A stretch of 64,000 bases of DNA from an uncultured Acidobacteriota bacterium (lineage in GTDB: Bacteria; Acidobacteriota; Vicinamibacteria; Vicinamibacterales; JAKQTR01): the NCBI GenBank assembly GCA_963834645.1, contig CAWICP010000018.1:2534-66533 (forward strand), read 5' to 3'. Position 1 is the stretch's first letter. Each line of letters opens with the position of its first letter. Below the pieces are notes generated by a model, which saw nothing but the letters and a program-made list of their open reading frames with translations, was not told the DNA's origin and did no database searches. The position numbers and the translations under genes are program-made. Below are positions 43,308 through 54,829 of the stretch, in pieces.

Positions 43308-44044
43308 GGCAGACCTCCTGGGCCGCCCGGCGCCGCGGCCGCGGCGGGAGCGGGCGGTTCGACGTCGCCCATGCGCTGGCGGATCAAATCCTGCCGGCGC
43401 AGCAGGTACGTCGACGGCCGCGCCGGGCTGTAGCGCCTCGGGTTGATGATCGACGCGGCCAGCAGCGCCGATTCGTCGGCCGCGAGGGCCGAGGCCGGCT
43501 TCTGGAAGTACGACCGCGCGGCGGCCTCCGCGCCCCAGATCCCGTCGCCCCACTCTATGACGTTCAGATACAGTTCGAGGATGCGCCGTTTCGACAGCTC
43601 CGCCTCCAGGCGCCGCGCGATCATCAACTCCTCGATCTTTCTCACCGGGCTCCTCGACGGCGACAGGTAGAGGTTCTTGGCCAGCTGCTGGGTGATGGTG
43701 CTGCCCCCGCGCATCCGCTTGCCCTTCGACCAGCTGTCCTCGAACGACTTCTCGAGTTCGTCGAAATCCACGCCCTCGTGCGAGAAGAACGCCGCGTCTT
43801 CGCTCACGATCACCGCGCGCTTCAGCGAGGGCGAGATGCGCTCGTACGGCACCCACCGCTGGACCTTTCGCGGTTTCTTCCCTGCCTTATCGGCTTCCCT
43901 GGCCCGAAGCTCCATGAACGCCGTCGTCGGCGGGTTCTCCTTCCGCAGCGCCCGGACATCCGGCAGCGACAGGTAGAGATAGGCGAAGGCCGCGAACCCG
44001 GCGGCCGCGGCCGCCAGTGTCCACCTCAGGAGACGCTTCGCCAT
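43304..44044 (-). CDS. mtgA: Monofunctional biosynthetic peptidoglycan transglycosylase
   Basis: Intact 246-aa ORF with GT51 motifs AVIVSEDAAFFSHEGVD, RGGSTITQQLAKNLYL and RKIEELMIARRLE. Confidence 0.9.
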   Translation of the reverse strand: MAKRLLRWTLAAAAAGFAAFAYLYLSLPDVRALRKENPPTTAFMELRAREADKAGKKPRKVQRWVPYERISPSLKRAVIVSEDAAFFSHEGVDFDELEKSFEDSWSKGKRMRGGSTITQQLAKNLYLSPSRSPVRKIEELMIARRLEAELSKRRILELYLNVIEWGDGIWGAEAAARSYFQKPASALAADESALLAASIINPRRYSPARPSTYLLRRQDLIRQRMGDVEPPAPAAAAAPGGPGGLP

Positions 44045-44160
44045 GACGCGTTATTCACCCGCGATGACAATCTTGACGCGCTGCCCCGACGGAGGCCGGC
44101 TATCGGCCGCGAAACCGTTCACCACCAGCCAGCTCTCCTGCAGGAATCAGGCCACCAGTC

Positions 44161-44913
44161 CTATTGTACCCGTGCGCGGACCGACCACGCGGGCTCGAGC
44201 CAGTCGCCGATCAGGCTGCGGCGGGCCTCCTCGCCCAGGCCCGCCAGCTCGGCCTGCACGAGCGTGAGGTAGGCGATGGCCACGGGATTGAGCGACCCGG
44301 TCCGCCGGACGTTCCACTCGGCCTTCTTGCCCGACACCGAGATGCCCTCGCGATAGCTGGCCCTGAGGAGCAGCGGCCCGATCCCGGCCATCACCACCGT
44401 GGCATCGGCGAGGTCCTCGTCGTCGGCACCGGCTTCGGTCACGCCCGACCCTGCGGTCTCGAGGACGATGTGGGCGAACTCGTGCGCCACGATCGCGAAA
44501 ATCTCCTCATCGTCGTCGCGATGGCGGTCGGCCACCTCCACCGCGGCCCCGTTGCCGACGAGTCTCACGCGGCCCGCCATGCCCTTCGGCAGGCGCGAGA
44601 ACTTCACGGTGAAGCTCGAGAGGCGGACGCCGAGGCGATCGGCCACGAATTCCGCGGTGCGCTGGAGAAACTCGCGGCGGGTGCCGGCCACGAACGGGAG
44701 GCGGCCGATAGGATACTGGCGCGTGATGGCCGGGTCGCGGAGCGCGCGCACAGCGATTCGGGCGTACGCGTCGAGGCGCGGGCGCTGGGCCTCGAGGTTG
44801 TACTCGCGGACGATGGCGTCGCGGCGGCGCTGCAGGTCGGCCCGCGCGGTGTCGAGGGGCGTGCCCTGCGGCAGCAGCAGCGCGACGAGCGCGAAGGCGG
44901 CAACGGCGCGCAT
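44161..44913 (-). CDS. Hypothetical secreted protein with an HExxH motif
   Basis: MRAVAAFALVALLLPQG is signal-like. The body contains FAIVAHEFAHIVLE. The sequence lies inside the falsely fused ORF 44161..46035. Confidence 0.5.
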   Translation of the reverse strand: MRAVAAFALVALLLPQGTPLDTARADLQRRRDAIVREYNLEAQRPRLDAYARIAVRALRDPAITRQYPIGRLPFVAGTRREFLQRTAEFVADRLGVRLSSFTVKFSRLPKGMAGRVRLVGNGAAVEVADRHRDDDEEIFAIVAHEFAHIVLETAGSGVTEAGADDEDLADATVVMAGIGPLLLRASYREGISVSGKKAEWNVRRTGSLNPVAIAYLTLVQAELAGLGEEARRSLIGDWLEPAWSVRARVQ

Positions 44914-44927
44914 CCTCCGCGGTTCTC

Positions 44928-46084
44928 CTACCGCTCGCCCAGCACGTCGAGGGCGGCGGCCGTGCCCGCGCCGCGCGGCACCGCGGCCCCCTGCGCGCGC
45001 AGCACCGACTCGAAGGCGCCGAGGAACAGCAGGATGATGGCGGGCGTCGAACTGGCGCCCATCAGGCCCACGCGCCAGATCTTCCCGGCGAGCGGGCCGA
45101 GGCCGGCGCCCACCTCGATGTCGAACTGCTGCAGCAGCTGCTTGCGCACGGCGGCTTCGTCGACGCCGTCGGGCACGCGGATCGCGTTGAGCGTCCACAG
45201 CCGCTCCGGCTCGGGCGGCAGCAGCGACAGGCCCATGGCGCCGATGCCGGCGGCGAGCGCGAGGTGGTGGCGCCGGTGGCGCGCCCACCGCGCCTCGAGG
45301 CCCTCTTCCTCCACCATCAGCAGGGCCTCGCGCAGCGCGTAGAGGAGCGACGCGCAGATGGTGTGGTGGTACTTGCGCCGCACCCAGTAGTCCTCGAGCA
45401 GCGCGAGGTCGAAGTAGAAGCTGCGCGCCTTGACGCGCCGCTCCAGGGCGGCCGGCGAGAAGGTGACGGGCGCGACGCCGGACGGCGCGCCGATGCACTT
45501 CTGCGCGCAGCTGTACGTCGCGCCGATGCCCCACGCGCCGACATCGAGCGGATGCCCGCCGAACGACGTGACCGCGTCGACGATGGTGAGCGCGCCGTGC
45601 TCGCGCGCGATGGCCGCGATCTCGCTCCACCGGGTTCAGCACGCCCGTGGACGTCTCGGCGTGCACCACCGTGACCACGTCGGCGGGCGTCTCCTTCAGC
45701 GCGCGGCGGACCGCCTCCGGGTCCACCGCTCTCCCCCACTCGTACGGCAGGCGCGTGACCGCTCCGCCGTAGCGCTCGCTCATCCCGGCGATGCGGTCGG
45801 CGAAGTAGCCGCCCACAAGCGACAGCACCCGCGTGCCGTCGCCCACGAGGTTGGCCACCGCCGTTTCCATCGCCGACGTGCCGGTGCCCGACACGGCGAA
45901 CGAGAACGACCCGGCCGGCGCCCTGAACGCGGCGTCCAGGCGCCCGCGCAGCTCGTCCATCATCGCCATCAGGTCCGGATCGAGATGGCTCAGCACGGGC
46001 GCGGCCATCGTCCGCATCACGCGCGGCGAGACCATGCTCGGCCCGGGGCCGAGGAGGATGCGTTCAGCTCGGGAAGCGGATCAT
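44928..46084 (-). CDS. Class V PLP-dependent aminotransferase (serine-pyruvate / alanine-glyoxylate type); about three frame breaks
   Basis: ILLGPGPSMVSPRVMRTMAAPVLSHLDPDLMAMMDELR...SGTGTSAMETAVANL...VVTVVHAETSTGVLNP. The C-terminal piece reads HHTICASLLYALREALLMVEEEGLEARWARHRRHH...GKIWRVGLMG. Confidence 0.8.
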
Positions 46085-46105
46085 GGTTCCCTCGAAGAAC
46101 AGTAG

Positions 46106-46132
46106 TCAGAAGCCAGTAGCCAGTAGCCAGAC
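46106..46132. repeat. Heptanucleotide repeat (GCCAGTA family) in the intergenic region
   Basis: tcagaa GCCAGTA GCCAGTA GCCAGAC, followed by GCCCAGTCCCCAGCCCC. Same architecture as the 32309-32406 array. Confidence 0.55.
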
Positions 46133-46156
46133 TAGCGCCTGCCCAGTCCCCAGCCC

Positions 46157-47038
46157 CTACTGCGTCAGTTCCTCGAGCAGGCGCCGAAGCACCTCGCGCG
46201 CCTCGGGCTTCGCCGGGCGCAGCGGCCCCCGCACCTCGCCGCCGACGTAGCCGGCGATCTCCATGGCCACCTTCAGGCCCGGCGATGCCGTAGCCCGCCG
46301 GTCACCGCGTTCGCCAGCGGCGTCAGCCGGCGCTGCAGATCCCGCGCCTCGTCGTGCCTGCCCGGCCCGCACGAGGTCGTACAGCTTCACGCAGACGTCC
46401 GGGACGACGTTCGCCACGGCCACGATGCCGCCGGATGCGCCCACCACCATCGCCGGATGGAGCGTCGAGGCGGACCCGACCAGCACGGCGAACTCCGGCG
46501 GCACGCGCGCGACGACGCCGGCCACCTGGCCGATGTCGCCGTTCGAGTCCTTGAGCCCGACGATGTTCGGGTGGGCCGACAGGCCGGCGACCGTGTCGGG
46601 CGCCATGTTGAGCCCCGTCACGTTGGTGAAGTTGTAGAGCAGCACCGGCACCGGCGACGCGTCGGCCACCGCCCGGTAGTGCTCCGCGAGGGCGTCGGGC
46701 GTCATCTGCGACTTGAAGTAGAACGGCGTCAGCACCAGCACGGCGTCGGCGCCGGCCTTCGCGGCACGCCTCGTCGCGGCGATGGTGGCGCGCGTGGACT
46801 GCCGCCCCGTGCCGACGAGCAGCACGCGGTCGCGCGGCACGCCCTCGCGCACGGTGGCGACGATGCGCTCGGCTTCGTCCTCGTCGAGGAACGCCGCCTC
46901 GCCGTTCGAGCCGAGGGCGAGCAGGCCGCGCAGGCCGGTGCCCATCCAGCGCCCCACGTTGTGCGCCAGGCCGGCGTAGTCGACCTCGTCGTCCTTGAAG
47001 GGGGTGATGATGGGGGGATAGATGCCGGGGAGGTTCAT
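46157..47038 (-). CDS. Dihydrodipicolinate synthase (DapA) family lyase; short out-of-frame stretch ~46285-46360
   Basis: MNLPGIYPPIITPFKDDEVDYAGL...LALGSNGEAAFLDEDE...VLVGTG...AVLVLTPFYFK...NIVGLKDSNGD carries the Schiff-base Lys context. Confidence 0.8.
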   Translation of the reverse strand: MNLPGIYPPIITPFKDDEVDYAGLAHNVGRWMGTGLRGLLALGSNGEAAFLDEDEAERIVATVREGVPRDRVLLVGTGRQSTRATIAATRRAAKAGADAVLVLTPFYFKSQMTPDALAEHYRAVADASPVPVLLYNFTNVTGLNMAPDTVAGLSAHPNIVGLKDSNGDIGQVAGVVARVPPEFAVLVGSASTLHPAMVVGASGGIVAVANVVPDVCVKLYDLVRAGQARRGAGSAAPADAAGERGDRRATASPGLKVAMEIAGYVGGEVRGPLRPAKPEAREVLRRLLEELTQ

Positions 47039-47040
47039 GT

Positions 47041-47219
47041 CAGAAGCCAGAATCAGAGTCAGTAGCCAGTGAGCGAGACAGAAGACAGAAGACAGAAGAC
47101 AGAATACGGGGGACAGTATACAGCCGTGCGGCTGACGAAGGGCCCGGCGAGCGAACTGCCCCACCGGGCCCCGGCTTTCTTGTCTTCTTGCTTCTGTCTT
47201 CTTGCTTCTGTCTTCTTCC
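47041..47219. repeat. MITE-like structured intergenic element built from heptamer repeats in inverted orientation
   Basis: Left arm GACAGAA x4 (47077-47104). Right arm TTCTTGTCTTCTTGCTTCTGTCTTCTTGCTTCTGTCTTCTTCC (47177-47219), the reverse complement of GACAGAA/GCAAGAA units. Inner hairpin GGCCCGG (47141-47147) / CCGGGCC (47164-47170). Confidence 0.55.
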
Positions 47220-47220
47220 T

Positions 47221-50220
47221 CTAGAACCTGAACCCCCCGCTGAAGTAGAACGACCGCGGCGTCTGGTAGGCGGAGGCCGAGATGGCCTTGCCGAAGTCCG
47301 GCCCGAGGCTGTAGTTCACGCCCTCGACCGGCGTCTCGGTGAACGGGTTGAACGTCTTCAGCGTCGAGTCGGTGGCGGTGGTCAGCACCGTGCCGTTCGG
47401 CCCGTCGATGGCGTCGGCGTTGAACAGGTTGTCCATGATGAAGCGGAAGAAGAACTCCGCCCTCGGCCCGAGCGCCTTGAACGGCAGCGTGTAGTTCACC
47501 GAGAGGTCGGTGGTGACGATCGTGTCGCTGACGTCGATGCCGCGCCCGCCGAAGTAGTAGGTCACCGTCGTCGGCGGCGTCAGGTAGCCGGGGTTGGCGA
47601 CGTAGCTCGAGAGCATGGAGATGGCCGCGTCGCGGCTCGACGGCGTGCCGGACGTCACGTTCTGCAGCAGGCCGAGGTCGACGCGGCCCAGGCTGCCGAA
47701 GCGCAGGCCGTAGTTGACCCACAGGCGCAGCTTGTGGCGCTCGTCGATCGAGAGATCGCCGATGGGATAGTTCCAGTCCGCGTTGCGGTACTCGGGATAG
47801 TTGAGCAGGTCGCCGGTGACCGGCCCGTCGCTGGCCGTCTCGCCGTTGAAGTTGCCGTTCGACTGCGAGAGCGTGTAGTTGCCGCCGAGCTGGAAGTCGG
47901 GCGTGAACCGGTACTGGATCTGCGTCTGGAGGGCCTTGTAGGTCCGCTCCAGATCGTTGTTGTTCTCGAGCACGCCGAGGTCGAAGAGGCGGCCCCCGGG
48001 TCGGCCACCTTGCCGGTGGTCATGTCGCGCCGCTCGGCGTAGAAGTCCACGTAGGTGCGGAAGATGCCGTCCACCCGGACCGAGCCCTTCGAGCCCAGCG
48101 TCCGCGCCACGCCCACCGTGTACTCCCACGAGCTCGGCGTGGTCACGTTCGGCCCCACCTGGCGGTTGACGCCCGCGTAGGTCGGTGAGTCGCGCAGCGG
48201 CCGGTCGTTGCCGCCGTTCGCGAAGAACCAGTCGAAGACGGTCTTGAGCGCGTCCGGGCCGACGCACCAGGCTGGCCGCGTTGGCGTCCTGGTTGATCGC
48301 GGGCCCCATGGTAGACGTACCGGAACGTCGACTGGCGGCCGGCCGTCGAGCCGATGTCCACCATCGCGCTGGTCGCGCTCATGGCGTAGCGCGCCACGCC
48401 GCCGTTCACCGTCCACGTGCCGGTGGCGGTCGGGCTCCAGCGTCAGCGGCCAGGCGCGGGCTCCACACCTGGTCGTCGATCGACCTTCAGGCCCGGCCTG
48501 GTCTTTCGCGTTCGACTTGTCGAAGCGCACGCCGATGTTGAAGGTGAAGTGGTCGTTGTAGCGCCACGCGTCGTTGACGAACCCCGAGTAGGTGCGGATC
48601 TGGCTGCCCTGGCTCGTGTTGAAGATCGGGTTCCACATGATGTACGCGGCGGCCGACGACGTGGTGGTCGCGCCCGGGTTCACCACCGGGTAGAGCGTGG
48701 TGTCGGCGCCGCTGCCCGGAAGATCGTGTTGTTCGCGTAGAGCCGGTAGCCGCTGCCCGACTGCCAGTTGTCGTTCTTGCGGCTGTCCTCGTAGAGGTCG
48801 CCGCCGAAGACGATCGTGTGCGCGCCGGAGGACTGGGTGGACCAGTAGTACGACGCCTTGGCGATGATGTTCTGGTTGTTGCGCTGCTCCTCGTTGAGCT
48901 TGCCCTCGGGCGCGTTGCACACGGCGCAGAAGGTGGGCGAGTTCCAGCGCGAGCTGCTCCGCGCGCGGTCGAAGATGATCGTGCCCTGCTCGATGCTCGG
49001 TGTACCGCGAGCCGGTCCCGATGAACGAGAGCTGGCGCCGGGAGTACTGGCCCTCGACGAAGAAGTTCGGCCTGATCACGCCCGTGTAGTTCACCGACGT
49101 GAGCTTCTCGGGCGTCTCGTTGTCGTACGAGGCTCGCCAGGTCCATGATGACCGAGCTGGTGTAGTACGTGTCGTCCTGCTTCAGCATCTTGTACGTGTA
49201 CCCGGCCTTCACCGTGTGGTTCGACGTGATCGACCACGTGCCCTTGCCCTCGATGCGCTGGTCGTTGGTGGTGGTGGTGAAGGGGATGTCCGTGTAGCGC
49301 GTGTTGTTGCCGTTCTCGCTCTCGTTGTAGCGGTAGGCGGTGAAGAACCACAGGCGGTTCCGCATGATCGGGCCGCCGAAGGTGGCCTCGTAGGTCGGCA
49401 GCAGCTGGTCGGAGCGCGGGTCGCCCGTGGTCAGCGTCCGGTCGTACGGCGTGAGGCCCGTCCACGAGTCGTTGTTGGCGGTGAGGCGGAAGGACCCGCT
49501 GAAACGGTTGCCGCCCGACTTCGTGATCGTGTTCGCGACGCCGCCGGCGAACCGGCCGTACTCGGCCGAGATCGTGCCGGTCGAGGTCTTCGTCTCCTCG
49601 ATGGCGTCCTCGATGAAGAGCGCCCGCGACTGGCCGCGCAGCGTCTCGTTCAGGACGACGCCGTTCAGCAGGAAGAGGCCCTCGTACGACATCGCGCCCG
49701 AGAAGGTGATGTTGCCGTTCGGGCCGTTCGCGTTCGTGCCCGGCGCCAGCAGCACCGCCCCTTCGATCCCGCGGCCGACGGGGAGCGAGTCGATCAGGTC
49801 CGCCCGGAAGCTGGTCGCCACCGTCGACGAGTTGGTGAAGTCGGCCGTCACCGACGCGGCGCTCACGTTCACCGTCTCGGTGAGGGAGCCGATCTTCATC
49901 TGCGCGTTGAGCGTCGCCGTTTCAGCCACCTGGATCCTGATCGTCTGCTCCTGCGTGGCGAACCCGGCGAGTTCGAAGACGGCCTTGTAGTCGCCGGCCG
50001 GCAGGAACGGCAGGATGAAGTCGCCGTTGGCGGAGGTGACCGCCGTGCGCGCGCCCTGCATCGACGGCGACGTGACGGTGACGGTGACGCCCGGCAGCAC
50101 GAGGCCTTCGGGATCGACGACCCGGCCCGTCACCGTGCCGGTCGGCGTGGTCTGGGCCGCCGCGACGGCGGCCATCAGGAGGACCAGCGCGAGGCTGGCG
50201 AGAATGCGCCGGACGTTCAT
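47221..50220 (-). CDS. TonB-dependent receptor with N-terminal carboxypeptidase-regulatory-like domain; six or more frame breaks
   Basis: GGAGG lies 9 nt upstream of the ATG. MNVRRILASLALVLLMAAVAAAQ is a signal peptide. GTVTGRVVDPEGLVLPGVTVTVTSP...ANGDFILPFLPAGDYKAVFELAGF, then plug-like ...IEDAIEETKTSTGTISAEYGRFAGGVANTITKSGGN. The terminus is ...YQTPRSFYFSGGFRF (terminal Phe). Confidence 0.8.
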
Positions 50221-50225
50221 GTCAA

Positions 50226-51590
50226 CTACCTCCATGTAAGGACTGAGGATGGGGCGGTTCCCCGGCTGCCTGCCCGCCAGGAACAGGAGCGCGCCCGCGC
50301 AAAGCGCCGCCACGCCGGAGGCCAGCTGCGCGCGCGACGCGCTGCCCGCCAGCGCGACGACGATCACCACGCCCAGCACGGGCACGAGCGGCGAGAAGGG
50401 CGAGACGAACAGCGCCGCGCCCGCCCGCCCGGCCCGGCCCGGGCGCCCGAGCGCGACCGCCGCGCCGCACGACACGCCGTAGGTCACCAGCCGCGCCACC
50501 GCGCTCGCGATGGCCAGCCACGCGAACGAGCCCGAGAGCGCGAGCGCCAGCGCCACGCCGGCCGTGAACAGAATCGCGTTGACCGGCGTCCGGTAGCGCG
50601 GGTGGATCCTCGCCAGCCCGGCCGGCAGGTCGCCCTGCTCGGCCAGCGCGTAGATCATGCGCGACCCGGTCAGGATCTGCCCCGCCAGGTTGCCGGTCAT
50701 CGACGCCAGCGCGCCGAGGCCGATGAGCAGCGCGCCGGGCCCGCCCAGAAAGCCCGCCGCCGCGTCCGCGAGCGGCGTCGTCGACGCGGCCAGGTTGTCG
50801 AGCGTGCCGACGGCCACCACCTGGCAGAGCATGGTCACCGCGCCGACGACGATGACCGTCGTCACGAGCGCGAACGGCACGTGCCGCCGCGGGTCCTTCG
50901 ACTCGCCCGCCGGCACGGTCAGCACTTCGTAGCCGCCGAACACGAAGATCGTGAGGAGGGCCGCCGTCGACGCCTGCTCGAACGAGACGGACGGGAGCGC
51001 GGTGAACCGCGCGGGGCTGATGAAGAACACGCCGATGACGATGAAGAGGCCCAGCGGGACCAGCTTGGCGATGGTCAGCGCGTTCACGGTGCGCGAGCCC
51101 TGCTTGATGCCGACGACGTTCACCAGCGTCAGGATGACCGTGATGATGGTGATGACGGCGACGCGGCCGATCCCCTGCGCCGCGCCGGCCCAGTAGTAGC
51201 CGAGGGCGAGGGCGAGGCCGTTGGCCACCGACGCGTGGCTCGTGACGCGCGTGAACCACTGCATCCAGCCGACCTCGAAGGCCACGAACCGGCCGAAGGC
51301 GGTGCGCGCGTAGAGATACGGCCCGCCGGTCGCCTCGAAGCGGCTGCCCACCTCGGCCAGCGACACGGCCACGATCATCGTCACCAGCGTGCCGCCGAGG
51401 ATCGCGAACGGGCTCCACGCGCCGACCGCGGCGGCGATCTGCGAGGGCATCAGGAAGACGGCGCCGCCGATGGTCTGGTTGATGCCGATCGCCGCGAGGT
51501 CCCAGCGCCCGAGGGCGCGGCGCAGCGTGGCCGTGGCGGCGGGCGGGCGGTCCTGCGTTCAGCGGCGTGTCTCCCCGGGAGGTGAAGCAC
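50226..51590 (-). CDS. APC superfamily amino acid permease; both ends blurred by frame breaks
   Basis: TLRRALGRWDLAAIGINQTIGGAVFLMPSQIAA...GGPYLYARTAFG...VFGGYEVLTVPAGESKDPRRHVPFAL. It is falsely fused to the TonB receptor ORF in the track. A TAG one frame step away sits at 50226-50228. Confidence 0.75.
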
Positions 51591-51616
51591 CGCAGTTGTA
51601 GCACAATAGGCAGGCC

Positions 51617-53827
51617 ATGCGCGTGCGTCTTCGCTGGCCGATCTGTGCACCCGTTGCCGCCCTGACGCTGGCCGTGTGCGCCGGCGCGTCCGCGCAGACG
51701 CCGTCGCCGCTCTCCGGGGCGGTCGGCCCGCCAGCGGTCTCCGCGCCGCGGGCCTCGGTGGCGGCCGGCGCGCTCGACGAGTCGATCCGCCTCGACGGCA
51801 GGCTCGACGAGGCCGCGTGGCAGCAGGCGCCCTCCATCGACAACCTGACGATGAGCGAGCCGACGCCGGGGGCGGCGCCGACGGGGCGAACCATCGTGCG
51901 CGTGCTGGCCGATCGGAAGGCCCTCGTGATTGGCGTGCGCTGCGAGGATCCCGATCCGGCCGGCATCGTCTCCTTCACCAAGGCGCGCGACGCCTCGCTC
52001 TTGAACGAGGACCACGTGAAAGTGGCGCTCGACACGTTCCAGGACGGGCGGTCGGGATACGTGTTCGCGGTCAACCCGGGCGGCGCGCGCTACGACGCGC
52101 TCGTCGAGCCGGGCGGCGAGAGCGAGAACGCGAACTGGGACGGCCTCTGGGAAGCCGCCACCAGCCGCGATGCCGGAGGATGGTCGCTCGAGATCCGCAT
52201 CCCCGTCTCGACGCTGTCGTTCAGGCAGGGGCTCACGACGTGGAACTTCAACGTGCAGCGGCGCGTCCAGCGGCTGCAGGAAATCAACCGCTGGTCGGGC
52301 TGGAGCCGCGACTACAAGGTCACGCAGATGAGCCATGCCGGTGAACTGACCGGCCTGCCGGAGTTCGATCTCGGGGTCGGCCTCACGGTCAGACCCGCCG
52401 TGACCACCGGCGGCGGGATCCCCGCGCCGGACGCCGGCGTGGACGGATCGTTCCAGCCGAGCCTCGACGTCACGCAGCGCCTCGGCTCGAACCTCCTGGG
52501 GTCGCTCACGGTCAACACCGACTTCGCCGAGACCGAGGTCGACACGCGGCGCACGAACCTGACGCGCTTCCCGCTGTTCTTCCCGGAGAAGCGCACGTTC
52601 TTCCTGGAGGGTTCCGACATCTTCGGATTCGGCCTGGGCCTGGGCACCGAGATGCTGCCGTACTACAGCCGGCGCATCGGGCTGGTGCGGGACGCGAGGT
52701 GCCGATTCTCGCCGGCGGCAAGGTGAACGGCCGCGCGGCCGGCACCAACCTCGGCGTGCAGGTCGTCGGCACGAACGATGTCGCCGGCGTCGCGCCGGAC
52801 GCCACGATGGGCGTGGTGCGGGTGAAGCAGAACGTGCTGGCCGAGTCGTCCGTCGGCGTGATCGCCACCGCCGGCGACCCCCGCGGACGCGCCGGAAGCT
52901 GGCTCCTCGGCGGCGACGCCACCTATCAGACGTCCCGGATGAAGGGCGACAAGAACTTCCTGCTCGGCGTCTGGGGCATCGCGATGGGGCGCGACGATCT
53001 CGGCCCCGATTCGAGCGCGTACGGCGTGAGCCTCGACTATCCCAACGATCTCTGGGACACGGTCGGTGAAGTACTGGCGGGTGGGGCGCGACTTCGATCC
53101 GTCGCTCGGGTTCGTGGCGCGGCCCGGCGTGCACGCCTACACCTTCAACACGGAGTACAAGCCGCGCCCGGACTTCTGGAACATCCGGCAGATGTTCTTC
53201 GAGTTCCGCAACTCGCTGGTGACGGATCTCGACGGCCAGTGGGAGAGCTACCGCATCTGGGTGGCGCCGGTGAACTGGAGGTTCGAGAGCGGCGACCGCG
53301 TGGAGGTGAACTGGGTGCCGACTGGCGAGCACCTCGCGGCCCCGTTCGCGGTGTCGCCGGGCGTCGTCATTCCCCCCGGGTCGTACCACTGGACGCGGTA
53401 CCGCCTGGAGGCCGGCACGGCCTCGAAGCGGCGGTTCAGCGGCCAGCTCACCTGGTGGTTCGGCGGCTTCTACGAGGGCGTGCTCCACCAGGTCATCTGG
53501 ACGGCCGCCTGGAACCCGGCGCCGCTTGTGACCGTCGAGCTGACCGGGGAGTACGACGCCGGCCGCCTCGACGCCGGCGACTTCGACACGACGGTGGCGG
53601 GTGCGCGGGTGCGGCTGAACCTCTCGCCCGACCTCACGATCGCGAGCTACGTGCAGTACGACACGCTGAGCAGGTCGGTCGGCACCAACACCCGGCTGCG
53701 CTGGACGGTGAGCCCCGCGAGCGACCTCTTCGTCATCTACAACCACAACGTCCGCGACTGGATGGACCGCTGGCAGCTCGATTCGAATCAGCTGCTGATC
53801 AAGTACCAGTACGCGTTCAGGTTCTGA
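51617..53827 (+). CDS. CBM9-like + DUF5916 outer-membrane-type protein; frame breaks near ~52700 and ~53066
   Basis: Signal MRVRLRWPICAPVAALTLAVCAGASAQ. IRLDGRLDEAAWQQAPSIDNLTM...DHVKVALDTFQDGRSGYVFAVNPGGARYD...GWSLEIRIPVSTLSF. The C-terminal barrel-like part ends QLLIKYQYAFRF. Confidence 0.7.
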
Positions 53828-53864
53828 CGGCTAGTCCCGCGCAGTGCGGACGGGTCCGCCGATG

Positions 53865-54829
53865 TCAGCGCGGGGTCGAGGGCGGCGCGGCGAGGTTGAC
53901 GCCGAGCACGAGGAGGAAGATGCCGGCGGCGGGCGCCAGCGTCCACGGCGCGTCGGCCATGGCCGAGACGTTGGCGGCCTCCTGCAGCATCACGCCCCAG
54001 CTCACCGACGGGTCGGGGAAACCGAGGCCGACGTACGACAGCGTGGCCTCGGCCAGGATGAACGCGGCGACGAGCAGCGCGGCCTGCGCCGCGAGGAAGC
54101 CGCGCGCCGCCGGCAGCAGGTGGCGCCAGAGCAGCCGCGCGCGGCCGGCGCCGAGGGCGAGGGCGGCCTGGGCGTAGTCGCGCTCGCGCTCGGAGGCCAC
54201 GATCGCGCGCACGCCGCGGGCGACGATCGGCCAGCCGACCAGCGCGAGGATGCCGGCGACCAGCGCGAACACCTGGGCGGGCGGCAGCACGAGCGGGAGC
54301 GCCGCGCGCAGCGCCAGCACGACGTACATCGCCGGCAGCACGATCACGAAGTCCGAGAGCCGCATCAGCGCGTCGTCGGCGACGCCCCCGGCCGCGCCGG
54401 CCGCGCCGCCGACGAGCGTGCCGATGAGCAGGGCGCCGAGCGTGGCGAGCAAGCGCCACGGCCAGCGACAGCCGCGCGCCGTAGACGAGCCGCGCGAACA
54501 CGTCGCGCCCCGATCCGTCGGCGCCCATCGGCAGCCACGGGCCGTCGCGCCCGTCGCTCACCTGCGCCACCACGCCGCGCGAGAACCACGCGAGGGGCAC
54601 GGGGTTCGCCCGGTCCTCCTCGTACCGGCGCTCGAGCCGGTCGGCGAGGCGGATGGGATAGACAAACGGCGCGCGCCAGCGGCCGCCGGCGTCGACCACG
54701 CGCACCGGCATCGGCGGCGCGTAGGCGCGGTCCGGGAAGCGGACATCCGGCGGGTTCGGGCTGAGCGCGGGCGCCAGCACGGCCAGCCAGCGCGATGCAC
54801 GCGACCAGCGCGATGCCGGCGCGCCTCAC
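53865..54829 (-). CDS. ABC transporter permease, DppC/OppC-like; about two frame breaks
   Basis: GTG 54829 overlaps the upstream stop (GTGA). ...GADGSGRDVFARLVYGARLSL..., then MRLSDFVIVLPAMYVVLAL...SERERDYAQAALALGAGRARLLWRHLLP (the EAA-loop region). Confidence 0.8.

Noticed and set aside
48487-51450. Apparent fusion of an amino acid permease to a TonB-dependent receptor (987 aa)
   Set aside because: The receptor has its own GGAGG-N9-ATG (50220) and signal peptide. A TAG one frame step away (50226-50228) would end the permease. Given the indel load, this is a false fusion.
50222-53746. 1174-aa minus-strand ORF, and similar long ORFs (29611..31686 minus, 49099..51585 plus, 26769..28754 plus)
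   Set aside because: These are antisense or off-frame shadows of well-supported genes (CBM9/DUF5916, the Mo subunit, the TonB receptor/permease, uvrA). They have low-complexity R/G/A/P-rich translations and no recognisable motifs.
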